Below, piece after piece: positions 44,513 through 56,879 of a stretch of 64,000 bases of DNA (positions are counted from its first letter, which is position 1; every line of letters starts with the position of its first letter). The position numbers and the translations under genes were made by a program. The stretch lies in contig OZ076421.1 in NCBI GenBank assembly GCA_964187785.1, forward strand, positions 49,414,001 through 49,478,000, in the 5' to 3' direction. The notes under the pieces are model-generated. The model ran no database searches, had not been told where the DNA came from, and saw only the letters and a list, made by a program, of their open reading frames with translations. The stretch comes from Amphiscolops sp. MND2022. Taxonomy: Eukaryota.

Positions 44513-47500
44513 TTAGCTTCTGATGGCTTTCGCTGAGCCCTCGGGCTCACTTATGTATTGGCAGAGGTGCATCGTTCCTTGGACAGCAGATCTATTTCGG
44601 CTACGAGGGGAATTTTCCTTGTGGGGTGGAACATCGCTCGTAGACACACGTCGGGCAGGCGAAGGTACTCTTGCTTCTGCTTCGGTGTCAATCGTCAACT
44701 GGCCAATAGGATCAGCTAGTGCCGAATTGAGCGTAAGTTCTGCAGTATGCTCTCCGCAAGGACTTGGGGCTACAGACATTGCTGTTTCGACGGTAACCTC
44801 ACTTTCCAAGGATGCAGCTTCCACAGTGAGAGTCTGCTCTAAGGACATGGCCATAACAGGGGCGGTGGTGCTTTGCGACAGTGTGGGAGCATAGCGCTGA
44901 ACACGCTCCTCTTCAGCGCGATGGTGAGCTGCTAGGGCTACTCGCTTGGAGATCCATCCGCCCTGCTTCCAAAGCGCACACGCTTTCTTCCAGGTTTCAA
45001 AATTCGTCACCTCTCAGTGGAGACATTCGTCGTCCCACTCAGCGCGCATTTCTCCACCTAGCACTTGGTTAACGATATCCAGCAGTGTCAGTGGCATGTC
45101 TCCCGACATCGTCATGCGGCCTTGAGGGCGCCAGTCCGGCTCATATTGTATCGGGGCCACCCGGCGGGAAAGATTGCGGTCACGCACCTGCGGCGCAGCG
45201 ACACTGATCCACTGTGGCACATTCGCATAATCAGTGTGGCGAAGCTGGTGGTTAAGAAGCTCTTGGCCGCTCCCAAAAGGACGAGCACGGGGATACCCCA
45301 CAGGCTCTTTCCAGTAGCGGTTGGGAACCTTAATAAATTTGAATTTGTAATCTGAGCCAACTGTGGGACTCGCATCCAGACTGGCATTGATAGTCTTCTT
45401 GACAAAGTCCACAGTCCAAGGGAACCGGAAAGGGTGTCCGTGAAGGTCCACTGGTGCGTTGTACCAGTTGACTGGTCCGTATTCACGGGGAAGCACTGCG
45501 GCCTTGCGCGTGCGGGCACGAATAACGCCCATCATATTTTCCTCGGCTTGAAGCTCAGTTTTTATGGTTGTATACGCCTGAGGCATCTCACCGCTCAGCG
45601 TTTCTTGGATCATGCATTCGCACGACATGGGTGGACTTCCCTGCAGGTAGGTAAGTATTGAAACAGTCGCTACTTGAATTGCCATGGAGACGGGTTTGGT
45701 TGGGTAACGCAGTACACCCAAAGCTCCAAAGATGGGGATCAACACTGGGGCAATGACAGGGATCAGGTCTTCCACCTCTGCCAGTGTTAAGTCAGCCAAT
45801 TGCTGTGGGAGTGGAAAGCCTGCGTTCTCGCGCGGCAGTTGCGCGTCTGGGTGATGAAGTGGTTGAGCTTGGTCAACTCCTACAAACCATCCTGATGAAT
45901 AGATTAGAGTAGAATACAACCAGTGTTGTACCGAAGCTCTCATGCGAAACAAATGGTCGGTATAGTTGTGTCCATTCTGTAAGAATAGCACCTCTCCGGG
46001 ACCAAGCAAGCTGGTTAACTTTCCTTGAGCCAGCACCAGGTATATATAAAACTCTAAGATTCCCCCTCTGGTGGTCAAATCCACGAGAATGGCTAGAGGA
46101 CCAGCCACGAACTTTGTGGGGCCCAAAGCCAATGCTAGTGCCAATACCTCATTGACCGTGGTCTGCTGCAGCAAATCAGTGAGCTTCTTTAGTTGGTCGT
46201 CCGACAGGCAAAAGTCGGCGGCAATCACATCTAAATGCCAGCCCAAGCCAAAACTTGTCAGAAGAGCCTAAAAGGACACAGACAATCCTGTTGCGGCCGT
46301 TTCCAGGCTGACGGTGGCCAAACGGTCCTGATACCAGTCACCATACGTGACTTCACGCGCCTGGACCAATTCGTCAAGCGTAACTGCTTCTTGCGCTACC
46401 AGGTGCCTTACACCCAGGGGCATTTTGATTATTTCCGAGTGGTTAGCAAATTGGATTCGAGGGATCGTTCGCTCGACCTCGCGGTTGAGTGGCTATCTGC
46501 CGATTTGATCCCAAACGGAGGCCAGGTCCGCTTTGATGGTGTTTGGGTGGGCTTCGCGCACCAACCAGTTGTATCGGCGCATGTTCTCACGCTCTTTGAG
46601 CGTGGCTTCTGGATGAGTCCGGTTGCCATTCTCGTCAAAGGTGAGCGTGCCTAGACGCATTCCGTGATCGCAATAGATTGCATCGTCCCAAGTGAGCTGG
46701 GCGTTGCCTCCCTTCTCTACCGGCTGCAGTAAACGTGAGATTGCTGCCAGATACGCGTGTGCTGACAGTGCGGCAGGGCGCAAGTCCATTTTGTCGACAC
46801 GCAAGTTGGGCGCGCACAAGTAGAATTCAATACCACGGGCTTTGTATACCTCACTCAGCATGTACACAAACTGCTGAAACATTCCTCCCCAGTACAGCAT
46901 GCCTGGAGGAGAACCGAACATGGATGGCACTCCCAACTGAGTACGGAACTTCTCTGCCGTACGCTCCATCGCGGTGGCGATCAGGTGCAGCAATCTCGAT
47001 ATCTCATGTCTGGCGGCGTCACGGGTGGTCATTTCGCGCAATAGACGCGGTAGGTCTTGCAATTGACCTTCGCAAGCCATGTGGTCCATCAAATTGGAGA
47101 AAATAATCCTCCGCGGTGGTGGCTCCTTTTGCGGTCCTTCTAGCTCCGGAGCGAACGTGGCGATGGCCACTTCGGCCATCTCTGGCAGTCGCGACAAAGG
47201 CATCGTCACTACCAGGACATCCGGAATCAGGTTGTCAAATGGGAGGTCGCATGGGACCGTGGAATCCATCATCACGCAATAACGTGCGCGCTGCAGAATG
47301 TTTTTGAGAGAGGTTGAATAGCTTTGAGGCTTCGAGGATATTGTGTCCGTGGGTCTCCCAGGTTTCACCTTGTTGCAATGAATACCTGGCGCTACATTGC
47401 GCATGTAAATCGTTCATCATGGGTCGCAGATAATTGTCGTGGGCAGTTGTTAACCTCTGAACCACTCGTTGCTCCCAAGCTGGCTCACCTTCGTCAACGT

Positions 47501-48859
47501 CAAAAGCTCGCAAGGTCCTTGTCACGTGGGCTACGATGGACAACTTCTTTAGCTGAGCTTGGTCAGCGTTCAAAGGTGGAACCCGCTGTCGATCGCGAAA
47601 TTGTCGCTCATCCAGCTTTGGGGCAACCTGCCATATGCGATTAGCATCGCGTGTCACCACAGTTCCTGCAACGTTCTCGGCGGTGGTGTTGGTTTTGTGG
47701 ACCTAGAAGCTGAGGAGGTCGCCGATGTGTTCGATCGTTCAGCACCGGTTGAGGAACTAGAGCTGGGAGCATACCTTTCCATAACCTCGCTCATCGCCAT
47801 TTGAGGCTTGGGTATACCCTGGTAGCCCACTTTCATTGGTTCCTGTATGACAACTGAACGCAGCGCATGCTGGCGTTTGCCTGGGGGAGGGCGACTTGTT
47901 GGACTATCAGCGGTTCTGACCGTTGGTGACTGTCCATGCGTTGAGGTCTGTTTCCGAACCAGCTCTTTGTCTGAGACAGGGGATAGTCCCGAAATTGGCG
48001 AGGGGGTTCTAGTCCTAACAGCGCTAGGGCCAGGCGCATTCGAACTGGTGCCTTGACCAGGAGCTTCTAGTAGGTTTTGGAGACCTGGAACCTGCTTTGA
48101 CATGGTTTTGACGAACTCTCTTGACTCCGGGTAGTTCGCCACTGCTTGGAGGGCTTGGATGACTGCCTGCTCACTTGGCGTTCTGTGCGACATGTCTGGT
48201 GCAGTGATATTGTTGCGGGCAGAGGAAGGTGCAGGAGACTGTACTGACTGCACTCTGGCGCTGGACATTGGAGAGGAGCCCTCAGGCTCCTGCTGGGACA
48301 CTGTACTTAATACCATATGTGACGCATTGGTCGCTGGAGCGCTGGCATAAGGTGCTATTTGAGCTACCGAAGGCATGACGGCATGCACACTAGGCAGATA
48401 TGTTGCTTGGCTCGTCTGCTGCATTGTTGGCGTGTGTGGCTGGATCTCAATATGTGCTGGTTGAAGGGCTTGTGGCATTGGCACGTTAGCTATGGGGATT
48501 CGCAGCGTTGCTTCCTGTTCAATTGCCGTGAGCACGCTGGGACCTCGTACCACTGAGGCGCGATCGTCAAGAAAGGGGTGAGTCAGGTCATAGCCATCCC
48601 AAGTGCCATTTTTGCAGGTCATGGTGCGCTTGTAGCCGGCCACGTCTGCGATTATTGAAACTGCCAAACTAGGCAGTGTAGGCTGTGTTTCTAACTGTGC
48701 CAATAGGGCAGTAATCCCTGCAATGGCGGCTGGCGATATGCCATTGCGCAGCCTTTCCTCAATGTACTGCACTTGCCTTACACGTTGCGTTTGGGCAACG
48801 TCCTGATTAGGTTGGGTCGTGGCAGGCATAGCTGCATAGGTGGAATAGTGATAAGCCAT
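44513..48859 (-). pseudogene. Element B ORF3 (about 1450 aa before frameshifts) with SGNH-like domain at about 46721-47281
   Basis: Overlapping long ORFs 47654-48859, 47235-47660, 46493-47404, 45014-46246, 44513-45010 tile 4.3 kb; SGNH-like blocks CVMMDS, IIFSNLMDH, FGSPPG, MDLRP; acceptor-like TTTAAC...CCCTTATTTTAG 6 nt before the ATG. Confidence 0.7.
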
Positions 48860-49097
48860 CCTGGTCTAAAATAAGGGACTGTTAAATCCTTGGTACTGAT
48901 GTCGCTTGGTGCATTATTGAAACCGGTTTCGTAAGGGAACTAGTTAGTGAAAACATTACTGTAAACATCACAGGTTAATTAAAAGGGGCACAGAAGGCGT
49001 CCTTATTCAATACGGATCTCAATGAAACATGAGGACGGAATAGAGGTACTTTAATAAAGATAAAATTAAATTTACATGAGCTTTCGCTCAAGTGAGA

Positions 49098-51500
49098 TCA
49101 ACTTGGGAGATGGCACTCAGGTGGTATAACACCAATCTCTATGCCGAGTATAGACACGTACACACGGTTGTGTAGCACTACGTGAATGTTCGTGTCCACG
49201 AACAAATCTATTAGTATCTTGTACAGATTGGTCAGGGAGATTACTGGCCTTTCGGGGTCCAGTATCGGAAAATGGACTCAGGCAAAACCCCTGTCCTCTA
49301 GCCATGCCGTTAATTGAGGCATGCATAGTAGGAAATCATCGGCCATTAGCGGGGCGCGCTGATTCGCACGGGTTATTAGCAGGTGTATAGTCTGGGCGGG
49401 TTTATTGGTGATTGCAGGGGTCAGGGGTACAATTTCTCCTACCCGAGGGCGTAGTGAAAATACCTGCTCCTTGCCGCATTCCCGCAACACGTAGCGCAGT
49501 GCTGCCGAGCTAGTCTCTAAATCGGCCGGGCACGCCAGGGCTATATGCCCTTCGACTTGCAAAAAGTCAGTGGTGTCATAGGAAATATATTCCACCATGT
49601 TCGGGCGTAAACTGCCGGGATAGACTATTTCCCGATCCGGTCCGTTATCAGGGGGTAAACACACGCGTGGGGTGCGACACTGTATTGCGGCTAAGTCCTG
49701 CCACACCGAGCGCGGCAACGCTTGGTTGTCCACACTTGCCCGGACCCACGTGTCCAGCGTGTTCAACGCTGCTCTTACTTGCAGAGGTTCTTCGAAAGTG
49801 TGGATCCATTCGTCCAATAGACGAATGCGGGGGTAGTCGGTGAAGCACGTTATGATTAGCTCCAACCACCAGCGGAACTTTACTTTCCCACGATACCAGT
49901 CAAGGAGGTGAAAGCACAAGATCAGATGTTCCGTTGTGGAAGTTCTCAAACTTTCCAGACATAGCAGCAAGTGCCGTGGTTCCACTAGCGCGTCTACACG
50001 GGGTGCAGTCACTAACAGCCACCAGTGCGGGGCAGGGCTATACACGCCACCTGGCTCTACCTCGACTCCGTATCGGTCCAGCAACAGGTCAGCAGTGATG
50101 CCTCTGGCCATTTGCACCGGCTCTCGCTCAAAGTTGAACGGACCAAACACGATGCTTGGGGGCACTGGAGGTACCACGGTTGCCAGCGTGAACTCTAGGC
50201 CTTTGCCGTCACTTGTCCATTCCTTGAAACGAGGACATGGCGCCTTCGCAACGTCTGGTACAGCAATTTGTTGCAAGATAGTTTCCGTTAAATAATTCTC
50301 AGCTCGCTCTATCCCAACGGAGGTCTTTTCCGCTCGCACCACAACACGATGAACCAGTTCAGCATTGTGTCGTCCCTCCGGGGGAACTCCCCGGGCTCCA
50401 ATGGGAACCTCCCGGTTCTCGTGCACGGCTAGCACGCATACGCAGTCGCGCAAGCCACAGGTGCCACATTTGTACCTGGGCTGCCGTTTGTGTCTCAGTT
50501 GGTATCTATTTTGGGTTCCCGTTTGGGTATTCGAATGGGTGTCCGAAATTGGTGCATAGACCTTAGATGCTGTTTTGTCTGAGGGCTTGCGTGGGCGGGG
50601 TGCCTTTGTCGCCCTTTTCTTTTTTCGAGGTCTTCCCCTCCCCCTTTTAACAGAAGGAGCGGTGGGTGGATTGGGTATTGAGGGTAGGTTTTGGTCCGGT
50701 TGGGGTGTAGGTGGACCAGAAGTGGGTGCATCGGTATCTTTGGCATGCTTGTGCCAAAGAGGGTAGTTACTGAGGTAGTCGGTAAGAGAAGGATGTGTCA
50801 GCAGCGGAGCAGAGGTACCCGAGGGGGATAGCTCCGGTGGATTGTCTGACGGTGATAACTGTGGTGAGGGTGAGCGCCTAGGCTCATGATCGGAAAATAG
50901 CTGCGGAAGGCAGTCGAACATTGACGTGTCTGACAACTGAGCAGGCATATCGGTGATGTTTGTAGGCTGCGTTTGCATCAGTTGCGGGGAATGGGTGGGA
51001 ATAGGGAGCATCGCGTCCGAGGTCTCATCGTCGGTCCCTGACGTGGAATATTCGAACTGTTGGTAATGCTGTCGGGCTCCTCCTGCGCGCAGCTTAGCGC
51101 GCAACCTAATGTCCATCCAATGGCGCTTCCTGGATGGCAGTGACACATCCGATGCCTCTGAAAGTAATGGTTCAGAGTGATAGGAGGGCTTGGAACAATC
51201 ATCATCAATTGGTTCCATGGAGCGCTCGGGCTCAGGATCCATTACCACGGCGATGTCACCGGTATCCAATGGGGTTGCGGCGAACTCCAGGGGGCTACTA
51301 TTATGAGGTTTCAAACGTTCAAAGTGAACCTTTTGCCCAGTGTCCAGGATGTACACACGTCCATCCTGGAGAGTGTGAAAAATGCGGTGTGGACCTCGCC
51401 AGGCCCGCATTAGTTTCGGTGAACCCTTTTGTGGAACATACCGACAAAAAACCCAGACCAAGTCGCCAGGTTTGTAAGCTTTAGCCTGTATTGCGCGATC
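49098..51500 (-). pseudogene. pol: C-terminal extension of element B integrase: WRGPH module, AT-hook, Cys cluster, two TARG1/OARD1-like macrodomains
   Basis: Same frame as IN across one TAA (51501-51503); KRGRGRPRKK (50619-50648); CGTCGLRDCVC (50436-50468); macro 1 about 49812-50204; macro 2 about 49170-49598, crossing a TGA at 49278-49280. Confidence 0.75.
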
Positions 51501-53480
51501 TTACTTTAGTTTTTGTCGTAGCTGAGCCTGGTGCGTGTTTCTCCGCACTAAGTCATGGATCTCTTGGAGACGGGCTAATACGTGATCGACATAAGCGTCG
51601 TGTGTGGGAAAGGACCGTGAAGCAAACTCGGGGTATAAGTACGTAAGAGGTATGGCTTTCTCGGTGCCTCTGGTCAACATGTAGGGCGAGAACCCAGTGG
51701 TTGCGTGCCGTGTGGAATTATACGCACCTAGGACCTCGTCCAAATGACAATCCCAATCACGCATTCGTCGCGAACAAAAAACACGCAACAACGTGAGCAG
51801 TGTGCAATTTTGGCGCTCTACTAGACCTTGTGTGCGGGGGTGACCAGCAGTGGACGTCACCTTCGTGACTTGCGACGCTTTCATGAACTCATTAGAGACT
51901 TCTGCTGTCAAATTCGGAGCATTGTCCGATTGCATCCGGGTAGGTGTACCATGACGGGCAAACCACTTGAAGAGCAAGCGTGAGGTGGTAATTGCGTCAT
52001 GTTCGTCATGACTACAAGGAACAGCCTCGGCAAACTTAGAGAAGTGATCAATGATGACTAGAACACCCGTGTTGCCATCATCGGTGGGGCACAGCTTCAT
52101 ATGGTCGTATTGAACCAACTCATTAAAGTATCCGCTTTGAATGTTCTTGAGATGGAACCGAACGTCCCCTGGTTTGTTCCGTACCTGCTGACACGTAAGG
52201 CACTGGCTCACGTACTCGCCTACAGTACGGCGAATCCCAGGCCAGGTGTGGCGCTCTTGTATTCGGGCCACAACTTTACCGATGCCTTGGTGACCCATAG
52301 CATCATGGGCACGAAAAAGAATTTCGTGTTGATACAATTGTGGCATCACTATCATGCAAGGGCGTTCATGAAGTGGAGGTTGGGCTGGGGGATACTTCAC
52401 ACAGGGCACGCCATTGGGATTCACGAAGAGCAGCTCCTTCTTTTGTTTGAAATAGTTCCGCGCAAAAGCACGTACGTCCTCAGGAAAAATATCCTGGTCG
52501 ATATTTTCCCCATTCACTAGTTTTTTAAGGGCAAGGACATGCACCTCTCGATTTTGCGCGAGGAGTAGGTACTTGATGCCATGAACCGTGTGGGTATGCT
52601 CGTGTAGCTCAGTACTCACACTGCGAACAGCCAGTGCGGCTTGCCTGAGGGAACTAGGGACATTTTGCATGGTCGTTCCATCAGTGTTTGCTAGGTCGTA
52701 GGTAGTGCGTGAAGGCACGTTTGTAATGTGCGTGGGCAATAGGTAGTCATGATGAGCTTCTTCAGACACATCAATCCAGTCCTCTGGATAGTCGGGGTAA
52801 AAGTCTTCATGAGCATGAAGGACTGGGGGTGGAGGTCGAGGCAAAGGTGTTTCCAGTGCCTTCTGCCGTTGTTCTCGCCGGCGGCTACGTTGTGCCCGGC
52901 GGACTGCGCGTTGGATGATATCAGGAGGTGCGGGCTGCAGATTTTTGAGATGCTCGGGTAGCTCAGGGTGGTTTGGAATAATCCGGCCTTGTATGTCAAA
53001 CCAAGGCGCCGTAGGCAGCTGTTCGTATTCCTCTTGCGATAGGAAGTTCCAGCCCTCCGCTACCGAGGGCAGCTTCTCAAGTTGTAGTTCCCGCCATCGG
53101 TAGTCATTGGTTCGTTTGGACAATCCATCGGCATTGCGATGTTGTGTTCGAGGTCGATGTTCGACTCGGAAATGGTATTTATCCAATGTCATGATCCATC
53201 TGCCAATTAAGGCTTGGTCGGTTGAGTACGTTTTGAGCCACGAGAGGGCCTGATTGTCCACTCGCAGAGTAAACTTGCGCGGGCAGAGGTAGCTGTGATT
53301 CTTCACAATTAAGTGATAAGCAGCATACATCTCCAGTTTGGGTGCTCCGTACTTGGCTTTTGTCGCGGTGAGCTTCTTGCTACCATAGAGTATTGGGCGC
53401 AAACGTCGCTCTCCCGGTGGGCCTTGCCACTGGTGGAGGATGCCGGAGATAGCGACAGCACTGGCATCAGTGTCCAACAC
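51501..53480 (-). pseudogene. pol: Element B RNase H and integrase
   Basis: LDTDAS, LEMYAA, RVDNQAL; HHCC (AHDAMGH...CLTC); D (VQYDH), D (QSDNA), E (LVERQN). Confidence 0.95.
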
Positions 53481-55339
53481 AAATTCGCCCTCAGAATCTG
53501 GCTGCGCTAACGCGGTGGCATCAATGAGCGCCTTTTTTATTTCATTGAAAGCTAGCTGGTGTTCGGATCCCCAAGCAAAGGTAGCGTTGAGGCCAGTGAT
53601 GGCTGCAAGGGTGCAACCAGTTTGGCATGCCAGGGAATGAACTCACGATAGTAGTTGGCAAAGCCTAGAAAGCTCTGCATTTCTGTCTTGTTGCGAGGAA
53701 CTTCCCAGTCGCGCAGTTTTGCGACAGCCTTGGGGTCGGGTTCTATCCCTTCCGCGGACACTACGCGATCAAGGTATTTGATCTCAGACTTCATGAAATC
53801 ACATTCAGCAACTCGCATTTTGAAGCCAGCTCCGCGCAAGCAATTGAAAACTTCACGGAGGCGTACCATGTGGTCTTCTACAAGGAACAGCCTCGGCAAA
53901 CTTAGAGAAGTGATCAATGATGACTAGAACACCCGTGTTGCCATCATCGGTGGGGCACAGCTTCATATGGTCGTATTGAACCAACTCATTAAAGTATCCG
54001 CTTTGAATGTTCTTGAGATGGAACCGAACGTCCCCTGGTTTGTCCCGTACCTGCTGACACGTAAGGCACTGGCTCACGTACTCGCCTACAGTACGGCGAA
54101 TCCCAGGCCAGGTGTGGCGCTCTTGTATTCGGGCCACAACTTTACCGATGCCTTGGTGACCCATAGCATCATGGGCACGAAAAAGAATTTCGTGTTGATA
54201 CAATTGTGGCATCACTATCATGCAAGGGCGTTCATGAAGTGGAGGTTGGGCTGGGGGATACTTCACACAGGGCACGCCATTGGGATTCACGAAGAGCAGC
54301 TCCTTCTTTTGTCTGAAATAGTTCCGCGCAAAAGCACGTACGTCCTCAGGAAAAATATCCTGGTCGATATTTTCCCCATTCACTAGTTTTTTGAGGGCAA
54401 GGACATGCACCTCTCGATTTTGCGCGAGGAGTAGGTACTTGATGACATGAACCGTGTGGGTATGCTCGTGTAGCTCAGTACTCACACTGCGAACAGCCAG
54501 TGCGGCTTGCCTGAGGAAACTAGGGACATTTTGCATGGTCGTTCCATCAGTGTTTGCTAGGTCGTAGGTAGTGCGTCGGTAGTCATTGGTTCGTTTGGAC
54601 AATCCATCGGCATTGCGATGTTGTGTTCGAGGTCGATGTTCGACTCGGAAATGGTATTTATCCAATGTCATGATCCATCTGCCAATTAAGGCTTGGTCGG
54701 TTGAGTACGTTTTGAGCCACGAGAGGGCCTGATTGTCCACTCGCAGAGTAAACTTGCGCGGGCAGAGGTAGCTGTGATTCTTCACAATGAAGTGAAAAGC
54801 AGCATACATCTCCAGTTTGGGTGCTCCGTACTTGGCTTTTGTCGCGGTGAGCTTCTTGCTACCATGGAGTATTGGGTGCAAACGTCGCTCTCCCGGTGGG
54901 CCTTGCCACTGGTGGAGGATGCCGGAGATGGCGACAGCACTGGCATCAGTGTCCAGCACAAATTCGCCCTCAGAATCTGGCTGCGCTAACGCGGTGGCAT
55001 CAATGAGCGCCTTTTTTATTTCATTGAAAGCGAGCTGGTGTTCGGATCCCCAAGCAAAGGTAGCGTTGAGGCCAGTGATGGCTGCAAGGGTGCAACCAGT
55101 TTGGCATGCCAGGGAATGAACTCACGATAGCTCTGCATTTCTGTCTTGTTGCGAGGAACTTCCCAGTCGCGCAGTTTTGCGACAGCCTTGGGGTCGGGTT
55201 CTATCCCTTCCGCGGACACTACGCGACCAAGGTATTTGATCTCAGACTTCATGAAATCACATTCAGCAACTCGCATTTTGAAGCCAGCTCCGCGCAAGCA
55301 ATTGGAAACTTCACGGAGGCGTACCATGTGGTCTTCTAC
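52012..55339. repeat. Tandem duplication of the RT-end/RNaseH/IN-start segment (1866 bp and 1462 bp copies)
   Basis: CTAC microhomology at 52012, 53878, 55336; the upper copy has lost about 390 bp and 21 bp. Confidence 0.95.
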
Positions 55340-55904
55340 GGTCTCCGTGGCGATGACTATACCCATTACCATGCTGCCTTCACGGTTTACAATGTTGCGC
55401 AGCGCTCGTGTTATTGCTCTTTGGAAAGTGGCAGAGGCATTGCACATGCCAAAGGGCATGCGTCTCCACTCGAACAACCCTAGCTCACAGACGAAGGCAA
55501 TTTTTCTGGCGGTCAGCCTTCCGGACTGGAATTTGCCAATGTGCCCAAGCTAGATCTATACTAGTGTAGATCTTGGCTTTGCCCAGCCTGGCCAGGCTTT
55601 CATCAATGCGAGGCAATGAATATGCATCCTTTACAGTGACCTCATTCAAAGGGCGGAAATCACAGCAGAAGCGTAACTCGCCGTTCTTTTTCTTCACCAT
55701 CACGATTCCGCTTGCCCACGGGGACAGGGAAGGTTGGATCATTCCCAATGCAAGCAAGTTTCGCACTTCCTGATTAGCCCGTTCGGCTTTTTCAGGGGAC
55801 ATGCGCCGTACACCTTCACGGTGAGGTATGGCGCCTGCTTCTACTTCTACAGGATGCTTGGCTATGGTGCATCGACCAATGTCAGCCTTATGTTTCATGA
55901 ACAA
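55016..55904 (-). pseudogene. pol: Element B reverse transcriptase, catalytic YxDD deleted
   Basis: SPWASGIVMVKKKNGELRFCCDFRPLN, SIDL, RMPFGM; reads SMVMGIVIA where AYxDD is expected. Confidence 0.93.
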
Positions 55905-56178
55905 ATCATCAAACTCTGTGAGAATGTTGTCAAGTGCCGTGCAGGCCGCTGGGCCCCAGAGGTCCTGGACCTTTTGAGTTGCGACTCAGGTCCCGGTATG
56001 GGAGCCATAAACTCTGGGTCCGCGCGCTTGCGTATCTCGCGATCCGGGAGACCTGCTTCAGTTGGCTCAGTGGAAGACAAAAATTCAAATTCGGAGGAAG
56101 AGGTTAATTGAGAGTCAGTACTATAGTTCATTTTCTCATAAACTCTATTTACAAACAAAAGATGGTCATTATCTGGCG

Positions 56179-56878
56179 TTATTTGGGGTTATCTGGCGTC
56201 TGCTGAGGAATGGCCAGGTAGACCAAGGAGACTGGTACCACATGGCCCAGCCGTGTTCCTTTTCGCACTCTTTGAGGGTTACTCGTTAGATTCATCAGGC
56301 TGACGAACACCATGCCTGACTCGCTGACAGTGGCAACACTTTCCTCTAAAAACACAACATTGTGCAACGATGCGTCAGCAATGTTTGCATTCAAGGCTGC
56401 ACTTTGAAAGATCAATGGTTCACGCGTGTCACTGATGAGCTTAGCCTTAACCACTGTGCGCTCGAAAGGCTGTAGGATTAAGTCACTGTTCAAGGCAACT
56501 GGGATAGCTAACGAAGTATCACCTACCTGCGCATGTGCATGATGCCACACAGGTTTCACGGGTGCCCGCACAACGATCTTCATGGACGTGAGATCCACCA
56601 GGACCTGGTTGGAACGGAGAAAATTCCGACCTAGCAGAAAGTCTTCTACACCCATTGCATCGTCCACTACGACAAAGTTGGTTTCAAGTTCGTACCCTCC
56701 CAACTGGAAACGAACGTGCTCAACTAGACCATAGGTCTCTATCGTTTTTCCATTGGCAGCATACAAGTCGATTTGGTATGGCTTTAGGACAGTACCGGTC
56801 CGAGCAGCCACTCGATTCAAGGCGGAGAACGTTAGTATAGATACGCCTGAACCGGTGTCCACAAGTCCACAAGTCCAC
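56179..56878 (-). pseudogene. pol: Element B aspartic protease plus dUTPase-like-fold spacer
   Basis: LVDTGSGVS is restored after removing an 8-bp duplication (56858-56873); FLLGRNFL. Confidence 0.9.
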
Positions 56879-56879
56879 G

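Noticed and set aside
44513-48859. ORF3 as a canonical retroviral-type envelope
   Set aside because: No N-terminal signal peptide and no clear furin site, fusion peptide and C-terminal transmembrane arrangement.
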